Source of the DNA: Bacteroidales bacterium | GTDB lineage: Bacteria > Bacteroidota > Bacteroidia > Bacteroidales > GCA-2711565 | Direction: 5' to 3' | DNA: 64,000 bases | Assembly (NCBI GenBank): GCA_963675215.1 | Contig: OY775914.1 | Location: forward strand, 3,339,181 to 3,403,180 | Shown: positions 46,439-55,747 of the stretch, one piece after another | Position numbering within the stretch: position 1 is the stretch's first letter | How the letters are laid out: each line of letters begins with the position of its first letter | Made by a program: the position numbers and the translations under genes | Notes under the pieces: model-generated | What the model was told of the DNA's origin: nothing | The model's input: the letters and a program-made list of their open reading frames with translations, nothing else | Databases searched by the model: none

Positions 46439-49400
46439 ATGAAAAAAATAGCCCTTTACCTAAGTTTATTTTTCATACTTCTGTCTTCGACAGGATTTTC
46501 ACAAAGCAATGAGAAAGATGAACTTCTATCTGAAAAAACTTTTAAAGATTTAAAATTTCGAAATATCGGACCGGCTTTCATGTCGGGAAGAATTGCCGAT
46601 ATAGCTATTCATCCTAATGACGACAACACCTGGTACGTTGCCGTTGGATCAGGTGGTGTTTGGAAAACCGTAAATGCAGGAATCACCTGGGAACCCATTT
46701 TCGATAATGAAACTTCATACTCAATCGGCTGTGTAAGTATTGATTCAAAAAATCCAAACAACATTTGGGTTGGAACCGGCGAAAATGTGGGTGGTCGTCA
46801 TGTTGGCTTTGGCGATGGCATTTACAAAAGTGTAGATGCCGGAAAGACATGGAAAAACATGGGTTTAAAACTCTCTGAGCATATCTCAAAAATCATTGTT
46901 CATCCTACGAATTCCGATATTGTATGGGTTGCAGCCCAAGGTCCTTTGTGGAGTAAAGGAGGAGAACGGGGTTTATATAAAACTGTTGATGGTGGAAAAA
47001 CATGGAAAAAGACTTTAGGTGATGATACCTGGACAGGTGTAACTGATCTGGTTATTGATCCCCGAAATCCGGATGTACTTTTTGCTGCAACATGGCAACG
47101 ACATCGATCCGTCGCTTCTTATGTCGGTGGTGGACCCGGATCTGGAATTCATAAAAGTACTGATGGAGGCGACACTTGGCTAAAACTTAGCAGTGGATTA
47201 CCAGAAGAAAACATGGCTAAAATAGGGCTTGCGATCTCACCACAACAACCCGATATTGTTTATGCCGCAATTGAATTAATTCGTGTCAAAGGTGGAATTT
47301 ATCGCAGCAGCAACTCAGGAATGACTTGGGAAAAGCGTTCAAATGTTGTCTCTGGTGCCACGGGACCACATTATTACCAAGAACTTTATGCATCACCTCA
47401 TCAATTCGAACGATTATATTTGGTTGACAACACCATGTTGATTTCGGAAGATGGAGGAAAAAATTTCTCTCGCATGAACAACACCCATAAACATGGTGAT
47501 GAACATGCAGTGGCATTTAAAAAAAACGACCCGGATTATGTGATGGTTGGTTCTGATGGTGGTTTATACGAAAGCTTTGATCATACTAAGAATTGGCGAT
47601 TTATGGAAAATCTTCCGATCACTCAATTTTATAAAGTCGCGCTGGATGATGCGGAACCATTTTATAATATTTATGGAGGAACTCAGGATAATAGCACTCA
47701 AGGCGGACCATCGCGAACAGATAATTTTCAAGGCATTCAAAACTCCGACTGGAGCGTGGTATTAAACTGGGATGGACATCAACCTGCAACAGAGCCCGGC
47801 AATCCAAATATCATGTACGCTGAACGTCAGGAAGGGGCGCTATCACGAATTGACCTAAGCACTGGTGAAGTAATCGATATTCAACCAGCACCAAATGCCG
47901 ATGAAGATTTTGAGCGATTTAATTGGGATGCACCGATTTTGGTGAGCCCGCACTCCCCTACCCGAATTTATTTCGCATCTCAAAGGGTTTGGAAATCCGA
48001 AAACCGTGGTGACGAATGGAAAGCCATTTCTGGTGATTTAACTAAAAATGAATTGCGAATTGCTACACCGCTAATGGATGGAACCCAAAGCTGGGATGCG
48101 GCCTGGGATTTCAATGCCATGTCAAATTATAATACCATTACTTCTTTGGCCGAATCACCAAAACAAGAAGGTTTAATTTATGCCGGAACCGACGATGGAA
48201 CCATTCAAGTGACTGAAGATGGAGGAAACAATTGGCGAAAAGTTGATTTCGGAAAAATTCCGGGACTTCCTAAAACAGCATTTGTAAATGACATTAAAGC
48301 TGATTTATTTGATGCCGGAACCGTTTATGTTTCATTTGATAATCATAAATATGGCGACTTCTCACCCTACTTATACAAAAGTACTGATAAAGGTAAAAGC
48401 TGGAAATCCATCAGTTCAAATATCCCAGATAGAACTTTAATCTGGCGATTGGTTCAGGATCATGTAAAACCTGAATTGATGTTTTGTGCCACTGAGTTCG
48501 GTGTTTATTTTACCATCAATGCAGGCGAAAAATGGATTAAATTAAGTGGAGGGATTCCTACCATTTCCTTCAGAGATATAGCCATTCAAAAACGAGAAAA
48601 TGATTTAGTTGCGGCTTCCTTTGGGCGTGGATTTTTTGTTTTAGACGACTACAGTGTACTTCGTGAAATTACAGAGGAAAAACTTGAAGCAGAAGCCAGT
48701 TTATTCTCAACTCGAAAAGCATGGTGGTATGTTCCCCGTTCTCACCTGAGTTTTGATGAAGAGAAAGGCAGCCAGGGCGCTGATCATTATGTAGCACCTA
48801 ACCCCGATTTTGGCGCCATTTTCACTTACTTCTTAAAAGATGATTTGAAAACCAAAGAAAAGATCAGACAGGAAAAAGAAAAAAACTTGAGCAAACAATC
48901 CAAAGCAATTTCCTTTCCCGGATGGGATGAGCTGCTTGATGAAGTAAGGGAAGAAATGCCCGGCATTTATATTGTTGTCAGCGATGCAACTGGCAAAGTA
49001 ATTAGAAGGGTAAAAGGACCTTCAACAAAAGGATTTCACCGTGTGAGTTGGGATTTACGTTACCCGGCTACCAGTGCAATTCGTTTGGACGAAACTAGTT
49101 CAAATCAAACATCAGGTCTTTTGGCTGCCCCCGGAACCTATACTGCCGAAATGGTAAAATACGCAAACGGAAAAATCAGCAAGCTCTCCGAAGCCATTTC
49201 TTTTGAGGTGGTGCCTTTAAAGTCGGGTGCATTGAAGGGTGCTTCGATGGAGGAAGTTGATGCTTTCTGGCGTGCATACGAAAAAGTATCTCGCGAAGTT
49301 TCTGGAATGGAAATAGAACTGGCAAATGCTTTAAATAAAATTAAAGCAATGCAAAAAGCTCTATTGAGCTCATCTTCAAAACCAGGAACTTTGGAAACAC

Positions 49401-49696
49401 AATTATTTGAAGTTCATCAAACACTGCTAAATTTGGATATGGAACTATACGGCCATCAGGCTAAACGACAGGTTGGCGAAAAAACCAAACCCAATATTGG
49501 TCAGCGCATGTTCAGACTTGAGTTGGGAATTAGTCGTTCAACCTACGGCCCCACTCCTACCCACAGAAAACAATTAAAAATTGTAAACGATCAGTTGTCT
49601 GCAATCATCACTAAATTGGAAAAAGCAATGCAGGAAATGGATGTTTTGGGTAAAACCCTGAAAGATCATGGTGCTCCCTTGGTTGAAGGAAGATAA
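46439..49696 (+). CDS. secreted BNR/Asp-box (sortilin/VPS10-like) repeat protein
   Basis: Signal peptide; repeated Asp-boxes 'SVDAGKTW', 'TVDGGKTW', 'STDGGDTW', 'SSNSGMTW', 'TEDGGNNW', 'STDKGKSW'. Confidence 0.85.
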   Translation: MKKIALYLSLFFILLSSTGFSQSNEKDELLSEKTFKDLKFRNIGPAFMSGRIADIAIHPNDDNTWYVAVGSGGVWKTVNAGITWEPIFDNETSYSIGCVSIDSKNPNNIWVGTGENVGGRHVGFGDGIYKSVDAGKTWKNMGLKLSEHISKIIVHPTNSDIVWVAAQGPLWSKGGERGLYKTVDGGKTWKKTLGDDTWTGVTDLVIDPRNPDVLFAATWQRHRSVASYVGGGPGSGIHKSTDGGDTWLKLSSGLPEENMAKIGLAISPQQPDIVYAAIELIRVKGGIYRSSNSGMTWEKRSNVVSGATGPHYYQELYASPHQFERLYLVDNTMLISEDGGKNFSRMNNTHKHGDEHAVAFKKNDPDYVMVGSDGGLYESFDHTKNWRFMENLPITQFYKVALDDAEPFYNIYGGTQDNSTQGGPSRTDNFQGIQNSDWSVVLNWDGHQPATEPGNPNIMYAERQEGALSRIDLSTGEVIDIQPAPNADEDFERFNWDAPILVSPHSPTRIYFASQRVWKSENRGDEWKAISGDLTKNELRIATPLMDGTQSWDAAWDFNAMSNYNTITSLAESPKQEGLIYAGTDDGTIQVTEDGGNNWRKVDFGKIPGLPKTAFVNDIKADLFDAGTVYVSFDNHKYGDFSPYLYKSTDKGKSWKSISSNIPDRTLIWRLVQDHVKPELMFCATEFGVYFTINAGEKWIKLSGGIPTISFRDIAIQKRENDLVAASFGRGFFVLDDYSVLREITEEKLEAEASLFSTRKAWWYVPRSHLSFDEEKGSQGADHYVAPNPDFGAIFTYFLKDDLKTKEKIRQEKEKNLSKQSKAISFPGWDELLDEVREEMPGIYIVVSDATGKVIRRVKGPSTKGFHRVSWDLRYPATSAIRLDETSSNQTSGLLAAPGTYTAEMVKYANGKISKLSEAISFEVVPLKSGALKGASMEEVDAFWRAYEKVSREVSGMEIELANALNKIKAMQKALLSSSSKPGTLETQLFEVHQTLLNLDMELYGHQAKRQVGEKTKPNIGQRMFRLELGISRSTYGPTPTHRKQLKIVNDQLSAIITKLEKAMQEMDVLGKTLKDHGAPLVEGR

Positions 49697-49716
49697 AGCA
49701 GATTTAAGCAAAGTGA

Positions 49717-49757
49717 ATTTATTCGGCTGTGAGATTCTTATGGCCGAATATTTTTTT
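49717..49757 (+). terminator. rho-independent terminator
   Basis: attcggc / gccgaat stem followed by ATTTTTTT. Confidence 0.7.
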
Positions 49758-49816
49758 GTACCCCAATTAAACAATACTTTTATATTCCTTTATTAAAAGG
49801 GAATAATAATTTATAC

Positions 49817-50539
49817 ATGCCTAAAAAAATCAAAACATTCTTAAACTGGAGTTCGGGTAAGGATGCCGCCATGGCTCTTTATTATATGCAACAAAGCCCG
49901 GATTTTCAAGTCGATCATTTGCTTATTTCCGTCAATGGACATTTAGATCGGGTGTCAATGCATGGCGTTCGCACTTCGCTCTTAAAAATGCAGGTTGAGG
50001 CCATTGGCCTGCCTTATTCTATAATTAAATTACCGGAAGAACCCAGCATGGATACCTATGAAGCTATCATGTCGGTGCAAGTAAAAAAGCTACAAAGTGA
50101 AGGATTCACCTGTGCTGCTTTTGGAGATATTTTTCTGGAAGATCTTCGTGAATATCGAGAAAAAAAACTGAAAGAAATTAATATGCAAGCGGCTTTCCCT
50201 TTATGGAACAAGAACACCAAAACACTTTTAAACGAGTTTTTAGATCATGGTTTTAAAGCCATTGTGGTTTGCATTAATTCCAATTTATTGGATGCTTCTT
50301 TTGCCGGTCGGGTCATCGATAAAGATTTTATAAAAGATTTGCCTGGCAACGTTGACCCTTGCGGAGAAAATGGTGAATTTCACACCTTTTGTTTTGATGG
50401 CCCTATTTTTAAACAGCCCATTGATTTTACAATTGGCGAAAAAATATTTAAAGAATACAAAACACCTAAAGGAGACAATAAAGAAAATGACAGCAACATG
50501 GGATTTTGTTTTTGCGACCTGATTCCGAAAATCAGTTGA
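49817..50539 (+). CDS. Dph6-related / MJ0570-type ATP pyrophosphatase (PP-loop) domain protein
   Basis: 'WSSGKDAAMAL' PP-loop variant and 'GENGEFHTF' motif. Confidence 0.75.
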   Translation: MPKKIKTFLNWSSGKDAAMALYYMQQSPDFQVDHLLISVNGHLDRVSMHGVRTSLLKMQVEAIGLPYSIIKLPEEPSMDTYEAIMSVQVKKLQSEGFTCAAFGDIFLEDLREYREKKLKEINMQAAFPLWNKNTKTLLNEFLDHGFKAIVVCINSNLLDASFAGRVIDKDFIKDLPGNVDPCGENGEFHTFCFDGPIFKQPIDFTIGEKIFKEYKTPKGDNKENDSNMGFCFCDLIPKIS

Positions 50540-50665
50540 CTGGTTGTTGGTTGTTGGTGATTAGTGACTGGTTCTGAATTTAGTAATCAGATTCTAACAA
50601 TCTATTTTTCTTTTTTCTTTTTTCTTTTTTCTACATTCTGCATTCTAACTTCTCATTTTCAAATT
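50540..50665. repeat. heptad-periodic tract (about 18 heptads) starting at the base after the stop codon
   Basis: ctggttg|ttggttg|ttggtga|ttagtga|ctggttc|tgaattt|agtaatc|agattct|aacaatc|tattttt|ctttttt|ctttttt|ctttttt|ctacatt|ctgcatt|ctaactt|ctcattt|tcaaatt. Confidence 0.85.
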
Positions 50666-50677
50666 AGCACATCATCA

Positions 50678-50705
50678 AACTTGCCTGTTGCAAGCAGGTT
50701 TTCAA
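50678..50705 (+). terminator. terminator-like hairpin
   Basis: aaacttgcctg-ttg-caagcaggttt imperfect stem followed by TTC. Confidence 0.45.
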
Positions 50706-50710
50706 ATTTA

Positions 50711-50875
50711 TTCCTTATCTTTATTCCTGAAATTCTTCCTGCCCTTGGGAAGTAATTGTTGATTAGAATTTCAAACTCCCCATTTATTGAATTTTTAGCT
50801 CGGTTTTAATTAATCGAAAAAATATATAATTGCACAAAAGCTAGCTAATACATGTCTATATAGGTGAATATAGTT
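50711..50875 (+). repeat. conserved intergenic core, copy Y (paralogous to 6201..6395)
   Basis: See copy X. Confidence 0.7.
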
Positions 50876-50953
50876 ACTAAAGATGCCCATATATAGTCGT
50901 TAGGTTTAATGCAAAAAAAGGGAACAAAAATTGACTACGTGTACTAATTTTTA

Positions 50954-50961
50954 TATTTTTG
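50954..50961 (+). promoter_or_regulatory. Bacteroidota-type -7 box candidate (TATTTTTG = TAnnTTTG) in front of the Fic gene
   Basis: Matches the TAnnTTTG consensus, 18 nt before the ATG at 50979. Confidence 0.35.
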
Positions 50962-50978
50962 GTACAAATATTGAAAAC

Positions 50979-52061
50979 ATGGGACAAAATGCACCATATC
51001 GGATTCTAGAAAAACTACCTCCCCCAAGAGAAAAAGTAGAAACAATCAAGATATTAAGAAATGTGAGCAAGGCAACTGCTGCATTGGCCGAATTAAAAGG
51101 TATTGCCAAAACAATCCCTAATCAGGCAATGTTGATTAATGCGATTGTTCTTCAAGAAGCAAAAGGCAGTTCAGAAATAGAGAACATCATCACGACACAA
51201 GATGAGCTATACAAAGCTTTGACTGTAAACAGATCAATCATTTCAGCAGGAACAAAAGAAGTAGTAAACTATAGAAAATCAATTTTTCAGGGGTTTGACT
51301 TGATTAAGAAACAAGGACTTTTAAAAGTAAACGATATTGTAAACATCCAACAAGAGTTAGTTGGAAACAATTCTGGTATAAGAAGTATGCCTGGAACCGT
51401 ACTTAAAAATGACACAACAGGAGAGATTGTTTACACTCCTCCTCAGGACAAACAAGAAATATTAGATTTACTTTCAAATTTCATTGATTACTACAACCAA
51501 AACAATCAGGAGTTATCACCTTTGATAAATCTTGCAATTTTGCACCATCAATTTGAGAGCATTCACCCATTTTATGACGGGAATGGAAGAACTGGTAGAA
51601 TATTGAACATTTTATACCTGATATTAAATGACTTGATAGATATACCAATATTATATCTCAGTTCGTATATCATAGAAAACAAGGCAGGTTATTACCGTTT
51701 ATTAAACCAAACAAATCGTCTGAATGAATGGGAAGAATGGATTTTATTCATGCTCAAGGCTGTTGAAGTCACATCCTTACAAACAATCGAAAAGATAAAT
51801 ACCATTAGACAATTATTAAATCAAACTATAGAAAAAGCACAGATTGATGCTCCTAAAATATATAAGAAAGAGTTGGTTGAATTGCTATTTGAACAACCTT
51901 ATTCAAAAATAGAATTCGTAGTAAACCTCTTAAGGGTCGAAAGAAAAGCAGCATCAAGATACCTAAAGGAGTTAGAGAGAATTGGAATCTTGGAATCTCA
52001 AATAGTTGGTCGAGAAACATTATACATTAATAAAGAACTGATTGAAATATTAAAAAAATAA
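50979..52061 (+). CDS. Fic-family protein (AMPylase-type) with an N-terminal inhibitory helix motif
   Basis: Fic motif 'HPFYDGNGRTGR'; upstream 'GSSEIEN' fits the (S/T)xxxE(G/N) auto-inhibition motif; C-terminal winged-helix-like tail. The ATG at 50979 is preferred to the TTG at 50931. Confidence 0.85.
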   Translation: MGQNAPYRILEKLPPPREKVETIKILRNVSKATAALAELKGIAKTIPNQAMLINAIVLQEAKGSSEIENIITTQDELYKALTVNRSIISAGTKEVVNYRKSIFQGFDLIKKQGLLKVNDIVNIQQELVGNNSGIRSMPGTVLKNDTTGEIVYTPPQDKQEILDLLSNFIDYYNQNNQELSPLINLAILHHQFESIHPFYDGNGRTGRILNILYLILNDLIDIPILYLSSYIIENKAGYYRLLNQTNRLNEWEEWILFMLKAVEVTSLQTIEKINTIRQLLNQTIEKAQIDAPKIYKKELVELLFEQPYSKIEFVVNLLRVERKAASRYLKELERIGILESQIVGRETLYINKELIEILKK

Positions 52062-52068
52062 TGCACTA

Positions 52069-52175
52069 AGCCCAACAAAAGCTATGGTTCATGGCGCTCA
52101 GACAGGTTACGAAATCTTAGGGTTTTCCTGCCTACGGCAGGCAGGTGCCACGTAACCATCGCAATACAGTTAGCG
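52069..52175 (+). repeat. full-length structured intergenic element D (attC-like imperfect dyad)
   Basis: GCCCAACAAAAGCTATGGTTCATGGCG....CCATCGCAATACAGTTAGCG. Nested pairings: aac/gtt, atggtt/aaccat, tggc/gcca, and a central cctgcc-tac-ggcagg hairpin. Starts 8 nt after the Fic stop. Confidence 0.6.
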
Positions 52176-52238
52176 GCAATGTAAAATTTAAACTCCTAGA
52201 AAAAGGAATATTTGTATTAAAAACCTAAACTCAAGATC

Positions 52239-52661
52239 ATGAAAACTTTAACCAAATTATTTTTGTCAGTTTTTATAATTAGTCTTACTTCTTGTAACCA
52301 TTTTAAAGATAAACCTGAATGTATTAACAAAGATAGCTTCTTTGACAATAATGATCCAATGACAGAAACATATCAGGAAAAAGTTAAAGAAGTTTTAAAA
52401 ATTACAACCCCTAATGATTTTAGATATTTTTTCGTAACATTTACTGGCGACAATAATGAATATCTAATGGTGAACATGAGAAACAATGAATATTGTTTTG
52501 ACGCAAAAATATTGGTAGAAAATTGGGATAAATTAGCAGGCATGAGAGAGAAAAAGGGGAGATCGTATCCCGAAGAATTACATAATTTAAAATGGAAATT
52601 AGAAAAATCTGGAGGAAGCGAAAATATAGTCTATCTAGACATGAACAAAATTATTGATTAA
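52239..52661 (+). CDS. small lipoprotein, unknown function
   Basis: Signal peptide plus lipobox 'ISLTSCNH'; 140 aa. Confidence 0.65.
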   Translation: MKTLTKLFLSVFIISLTSCNHFKDKPECINKDSFFDNNDPMTETYQEKVKEVLKITTPNDFRYFFVTFTGDNNEYLMVNMRNNEYCFDAKILVENWDKLAGMREKKGRSYPEELHNLKWKLEKSGGSENIVYLDMNKIID

Positions 52662-52663
52662 CA

Positions 52664-52720
52664 CTGCTGCTAACAAAGGCTCATAAAACATGGCTAATTC
52701 TTACTCAGCAGAAACGCATT
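52664..52720 (+). repeat. left-half copy B of the structured element
   Basis: 'ctgctgCTAACAAAGGCTCATAAAACATGGCTAATTCTTACTcagcagAAACGCAT'. ctgctg/cagcag can close a stem. Starts 3 nt after the stop codon. Confidence 0.55.
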
Positions 52721-52747
52721 AATTATAAATATATAAAAACGAAAATC

Positions 52748-53323
52748 ATGAATAGAATTATTATTTTACTCATCTTTTCTCACTTTTTTTCAAATGGCAT
52801 ATCTGCGCAAGACATTCTTGATAAATACACTTCAACCAAATGGGGGTTTACCATTTCTTTTCCTTTCGAGAAAACAAAGAAGGGTAGCCGTTTCGAGGAT
52901 GATAAAACTTTTCAGTTTCACATCAGTCAGTATTACAGAGGGCAATATGATGTAGTCGATATTTCAGTGATAAAATATTCCGATACGCTTGAACTGGTAA
53001 ACAATTACAATTCAATGATTACAGCACTTGAAACATCAAAACTAAGCGATGGATACACGCTGATCGACAGTCTTTGTTCAGAAGTTAAAAGTGCTCATTA
53101 TAACGGGGTTCAAAAAGCTTTTTATAATGAATTCGCTGGTCTGAACAAAGATTATATCATCGTTCGCTTCTTCAAAACAGACCGCTATTTATATAGTCTT
53201 ACGCTTACAGTTCCAAACCTGAAAAGATATAATGAAAATTTGAAAATATTAGCGTCGTTTACCATTCTTACCCAGGATAATCAAACTGGCGCTCCAAAAA
53301 AAGAAAGAAAACGACCCAAATAG
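52748..53323 (+). CDS. secreted protein, unknown function
   Basis: Signal peptide MNRIIILLIFSHFFSNGISAQ; 191 aa; basic tail KKERKRPK. Confidence 0.65.
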   Translation: MNRIIILLIFSHFFSNGISAQDILDKYTSTKWGFTISFPFEKTKKGSRFEDDKTFQFHISQYYRGQYDVVDISVIKYSDTLELVNNYNSMITALETSKLSDGYTLIDSLCSEVKSAHYNGVQKAFYNEFAGLNKDYIIVRFFKTDRYLYSLTLTVPNLKRYNENLKILASFTILTQDNQTGAPKKERKRPK

Positions 53324-53327
53324 TAAG

Positions 53328-53831
53328 ATGATGAAAAACATAGGTTATTACTTCTTTATATCTGCAATTACAATTTTGTTATTATCAAGTTGTAACAAAG
53401 AATCCAAAATAATTATTGATAAAAAAAGTGAAATAGAGGGAATTTGGTACACTGAGGGTTATTTGGAAGAATTTAATGAAATTTCCAGATTAGAATATAA
53501 TTTCAAGAAACAAGGAGGACTTGATATTCTAAGAGTCGAGCTTGATTTTAATTCAAGAGAAATATTAGGTTACAGATATCGGACGCTAGGGAAATATAGA
53601 TTAGAAGAAAATCATTTAATATTATACAGTTTGAGAAGCTTCGGGAATGATGATACCATAGCACATTATACGAATCTTCACAATTTGCAATTTGTCCCCA
53701 ACAGTGATATGCATACATATAATTACAGGTATGAGATAATTGATGGGGAAAATAAATTAATTATATACTTTACGAGTGGAAGAACAAGTAAAAGTAGTCT
53801 GGGTAAAATTATCTTAACAAAGCAGCAATAG
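53328..53831 (+). CDS. small lipoprotein, unknown function
   Basis: Signal peptide plus lipobox 'LLLSSCNK'; 167 aa. Confidence 0.65.
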   Translation: MMKNIGYYFFISAITILLLSSCNKESKIIIDKKSEIEGIWYTEGYLEEFNEISRLEYNFKKQGGLDILRVELDFNSREILGYRYRTLGKYRLEENHLILYSLRSFGNDDTIAHYTNLHNLQFVPNSDMHTYNYRYEIIDGENKLIIYFTSGRTSKSSLGKIILTKQQ

Positions 53832-53860
53832 AATTGTTTGTGCCAAAGTTGACTAATCTT

Positions 53861-53922
53861 AATAAGGGCTTTAAACAATGGCGCCTGCATGCAGTGCAGC
53901 TAAACCATCACTACCAACTGAA
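53861..53922 (+). repeat. short degenerate copy F of the structured element
   Basis: 'AATAAGGGCTTTAAACAATGGCGC-CTGCATGCAG-TGCAGCTAAACCATCACTACCAACTG'. The ATGGC..CCAT frame surrounds a perfect 10-bp palindrome; both ends are mutated relative to D. Confidence 0.45.
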
Positions 53923-53952
53923 ATTAAATGGTGCAATAAAAATTTGAATAAC

Positions 53953-54126
53953 ATGAAAAAACAATCTTATTTAGCATTAATCCTTTTAATATTGGGACTC
54001 ATATTTTCATCAAGTTTTGGATTTAAATTTAATTTAAGTGATGGATTTACCATGCTTGTTACTGGATTCACCAGCCTTTTCAATTTCTTGATTTTGCAGT
54101 TATCGGCTCAAATGAAGTTCATTTGA
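53953..54126 (+). CDS. tiny membrane protein (57 aa), or the 5' part of a frameshifted membrane-protein gene
   Basis: MKKQSYLALILLILGLIFSS... The ORF-track start at 53878 lies inside repeat F, so the internal ATG is preferred. Confidence 0.4.
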   Translation: MKKQSYLALILLILGLIFSSSFGFKFNLSDGFTMLVTGFTSLFNFLILQLSAQMKFI

Positions 54127-54401
54127 CATCACATCTTATTGGTTACATTTTTTATTTTTTTGCAGGAATAGTAGCACTTAAAAATGTAAAAACTGGTGAC
54201 AAAAAAACCAAAACTGCGACAAGTATCTTTTTCTTATTAATTGCAATTGTTTTTATAAGTGAACTTTACTCATACCATCAAGACTTTAATAACATATTTA
54301 TTGGCCGGCACTTCAGAGTTGGGTTTACTGTTTTTCTTATTGGAGTTTTCATCTTAAAACAATTAAAAAATAAATCCGATCAAGCAATCACAAAACATTA
54401 A
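54123..54401 (+). CDS. small membrane protein (TTG start), or the 3' part of the same frameshifted gene
   Basis: 92 aa, 3 TM; overlaps the preceding stop in TTGA. Confidence 0.4.
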   Translation: MTSHLIGYIFYFFAGIVALKNVKTGDKKTKTATSIFFLLIAIVFISELYSYHQDFNNIFIGRHFRVGFTVFLIGVFILKQLKNKSDQAITKH

Positions 54402-54438
54402 ACTTTCAAAACTTAGTCGCTAACAAAAACCTAATGAA

Positions 54439-54897
54439 ATGAAAAATCAAAAATATAGCCTTTTCATAGTGTTCTTCATAGTTTTTCCTTTTCTTTCTCT
54501 TTCAGCTCAAGACACTTTTAAAAAAGTTACGGAAAGGATGATTGATAAATCTAAAATTGAACTCGCTACAAAAATTGCAAGTTCGTTTTTTGAAAACTTA
54601 AAACAAGGTAAATTTTACGACTTTAGCGAAGTTGCTATAAAAACTTTTAGTGATGGAATGGGTGCTGAGGTTCAAAAACAAACCTATGAGCAATTAAAAA
54701 TTCAATTTGGCGAATTCAAAAAACTTGACTATGCGGAAACATGGGCAGCAAATGAAGATGATGGTTTACAAGTTATTCGCTTTAAAGGTACTTTTGAAAA
54801 TTATACAGCGCCTTTAGAAATAAGAGTCGTGATAAACGATTCAAATAAATTAACAGGATTGTGGTTTAAACTTTGGAAGGACAACTTAAACAACTAG
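54439..54897 (+). CDS. secreted DUF3887-like protein
   Basis: Signal peptide; 'QTYEQLKIQFGEFKKL..' and 'PLEIRVVINDSNKLTGLWF' resemble DUF3887. Confidence 0.55.
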   Translation: MKNQKYSLFIVFFIVFPFLSLSAQDTFKKVTERMIDKSKIELATKIASSFFENLKQGKFYDFSEVAIKTFSDGMGAEVQKQTYEQLKIQFGEFKKLDYAETWAANEDDGLQVIRFKGTFENYTAPLEIRVVINDSNKLTGLWFKLWKDNLNN

Positions 54898-54901
54898 TAA
54901 A

Positions 54902-55294
54902 ATGACAAAATCAAGCATTTCAAATTATTTAAACAAGTTTGACTATAAATTTATTGAGCACGAAAAATCATTTATTGTTGACCTTGATTTTTCATTGCAA
55001 ATTATCATCGAACTGATGGATAATGGAAAAATAAAAATAACCGACCAATTAAAAGGTTTAAATTTCCTAACATGGCCTTTTCCAATGAGTATTAAGTCAT
55101 CAATGATCTACAATACAATTGGTTTAATCGTATTTACACTACTTATTCTTGTAATAGAAAAATCATACAGTCAATTTTTTCTCACTATAATTTATATGTG
55201 TGCTATCTTTGCGATTTTATTTTGGATGATTTACTATTTTGTTAAAGCTGAGAATTTTAAAAAACAAATTATTGATCTGATTACTCATCAATAA
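54902..55294 (+). CDS. small membrane protein, unknown function
   Basis: 130 aa with a soluble N-half and 2 C-terminal TM helices. Confidence 0.55.
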   Translation: MTKSSISNYLNKFDYKFIEHEKSFIVDLDFSLQIIIELMDNGKIKITDQLKGLNFLTWPFPMSIKSSMIYNTIGLIVFTLLILVIEKSYSQFFLTIIYMCAIFAILFWMIYYFVKAENFKKQIIDLITHQ

Positions 55295-55306
55295 AAATTA
55301 AACTAA

Positions 55307-55747
55307 ATGAAAACTTCCGAAAACACTGTTGTTGTTGAACAAACTTTTAAAACATCACCTGCGAAGGTGTGGAGTGCCATTACCAATGTGAAAGAAATGA
55401 CACTTTGGTTTTTCGATAATATTCCTTCCTTCAAAGCTGAGGTTGGATTTAAAACACAATTTTTGATTCAGGTAAGAAAAAGAAAATTTACCCACCTTTG
55501 GGAAATAACTGAGGTAATTCCCAATCAAAAAATAACTTATAACTGGAAGTATAAAGAATACCCTGGAGATGCCTACGTGACTTTTGAACTATTTGAAGAA
55601 GAGAAGCAAGTCAGACTCAGAGTCACCATGCTCGTGACTGAAGATTTTCCGGACGATGTTCCTGAATTTACCTGGGATAGCTGCATTGAGGGCTGGAGGT
55701 ATTTTATAGTTGAGCGACTTAAAATTTATTTGCACCGAAGGCGGTAA
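55307..55747 (+). CDS. SRPBCC/AHSA1-like domain protein
   Basis: 'VVVEQTFKTSPAKVWSAITNVKEMTLWF' and the length (146 aa) fit the Aha1/START-like superfamily. Confidence 0.7.
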   Translation: MKTSENTVVVEQTFKTSPAKVWSAITNVKEMTLWFFDNIPSFKAEVGFKTQFLIQVRKRKFTHLWEITEVIPNQKITYNWKYKEYPGDAYVTFELFEEEKQVRLRVTMLVTEDFPDDVPEFTWDSCIEGWRYFIVERLKIYLHRRR

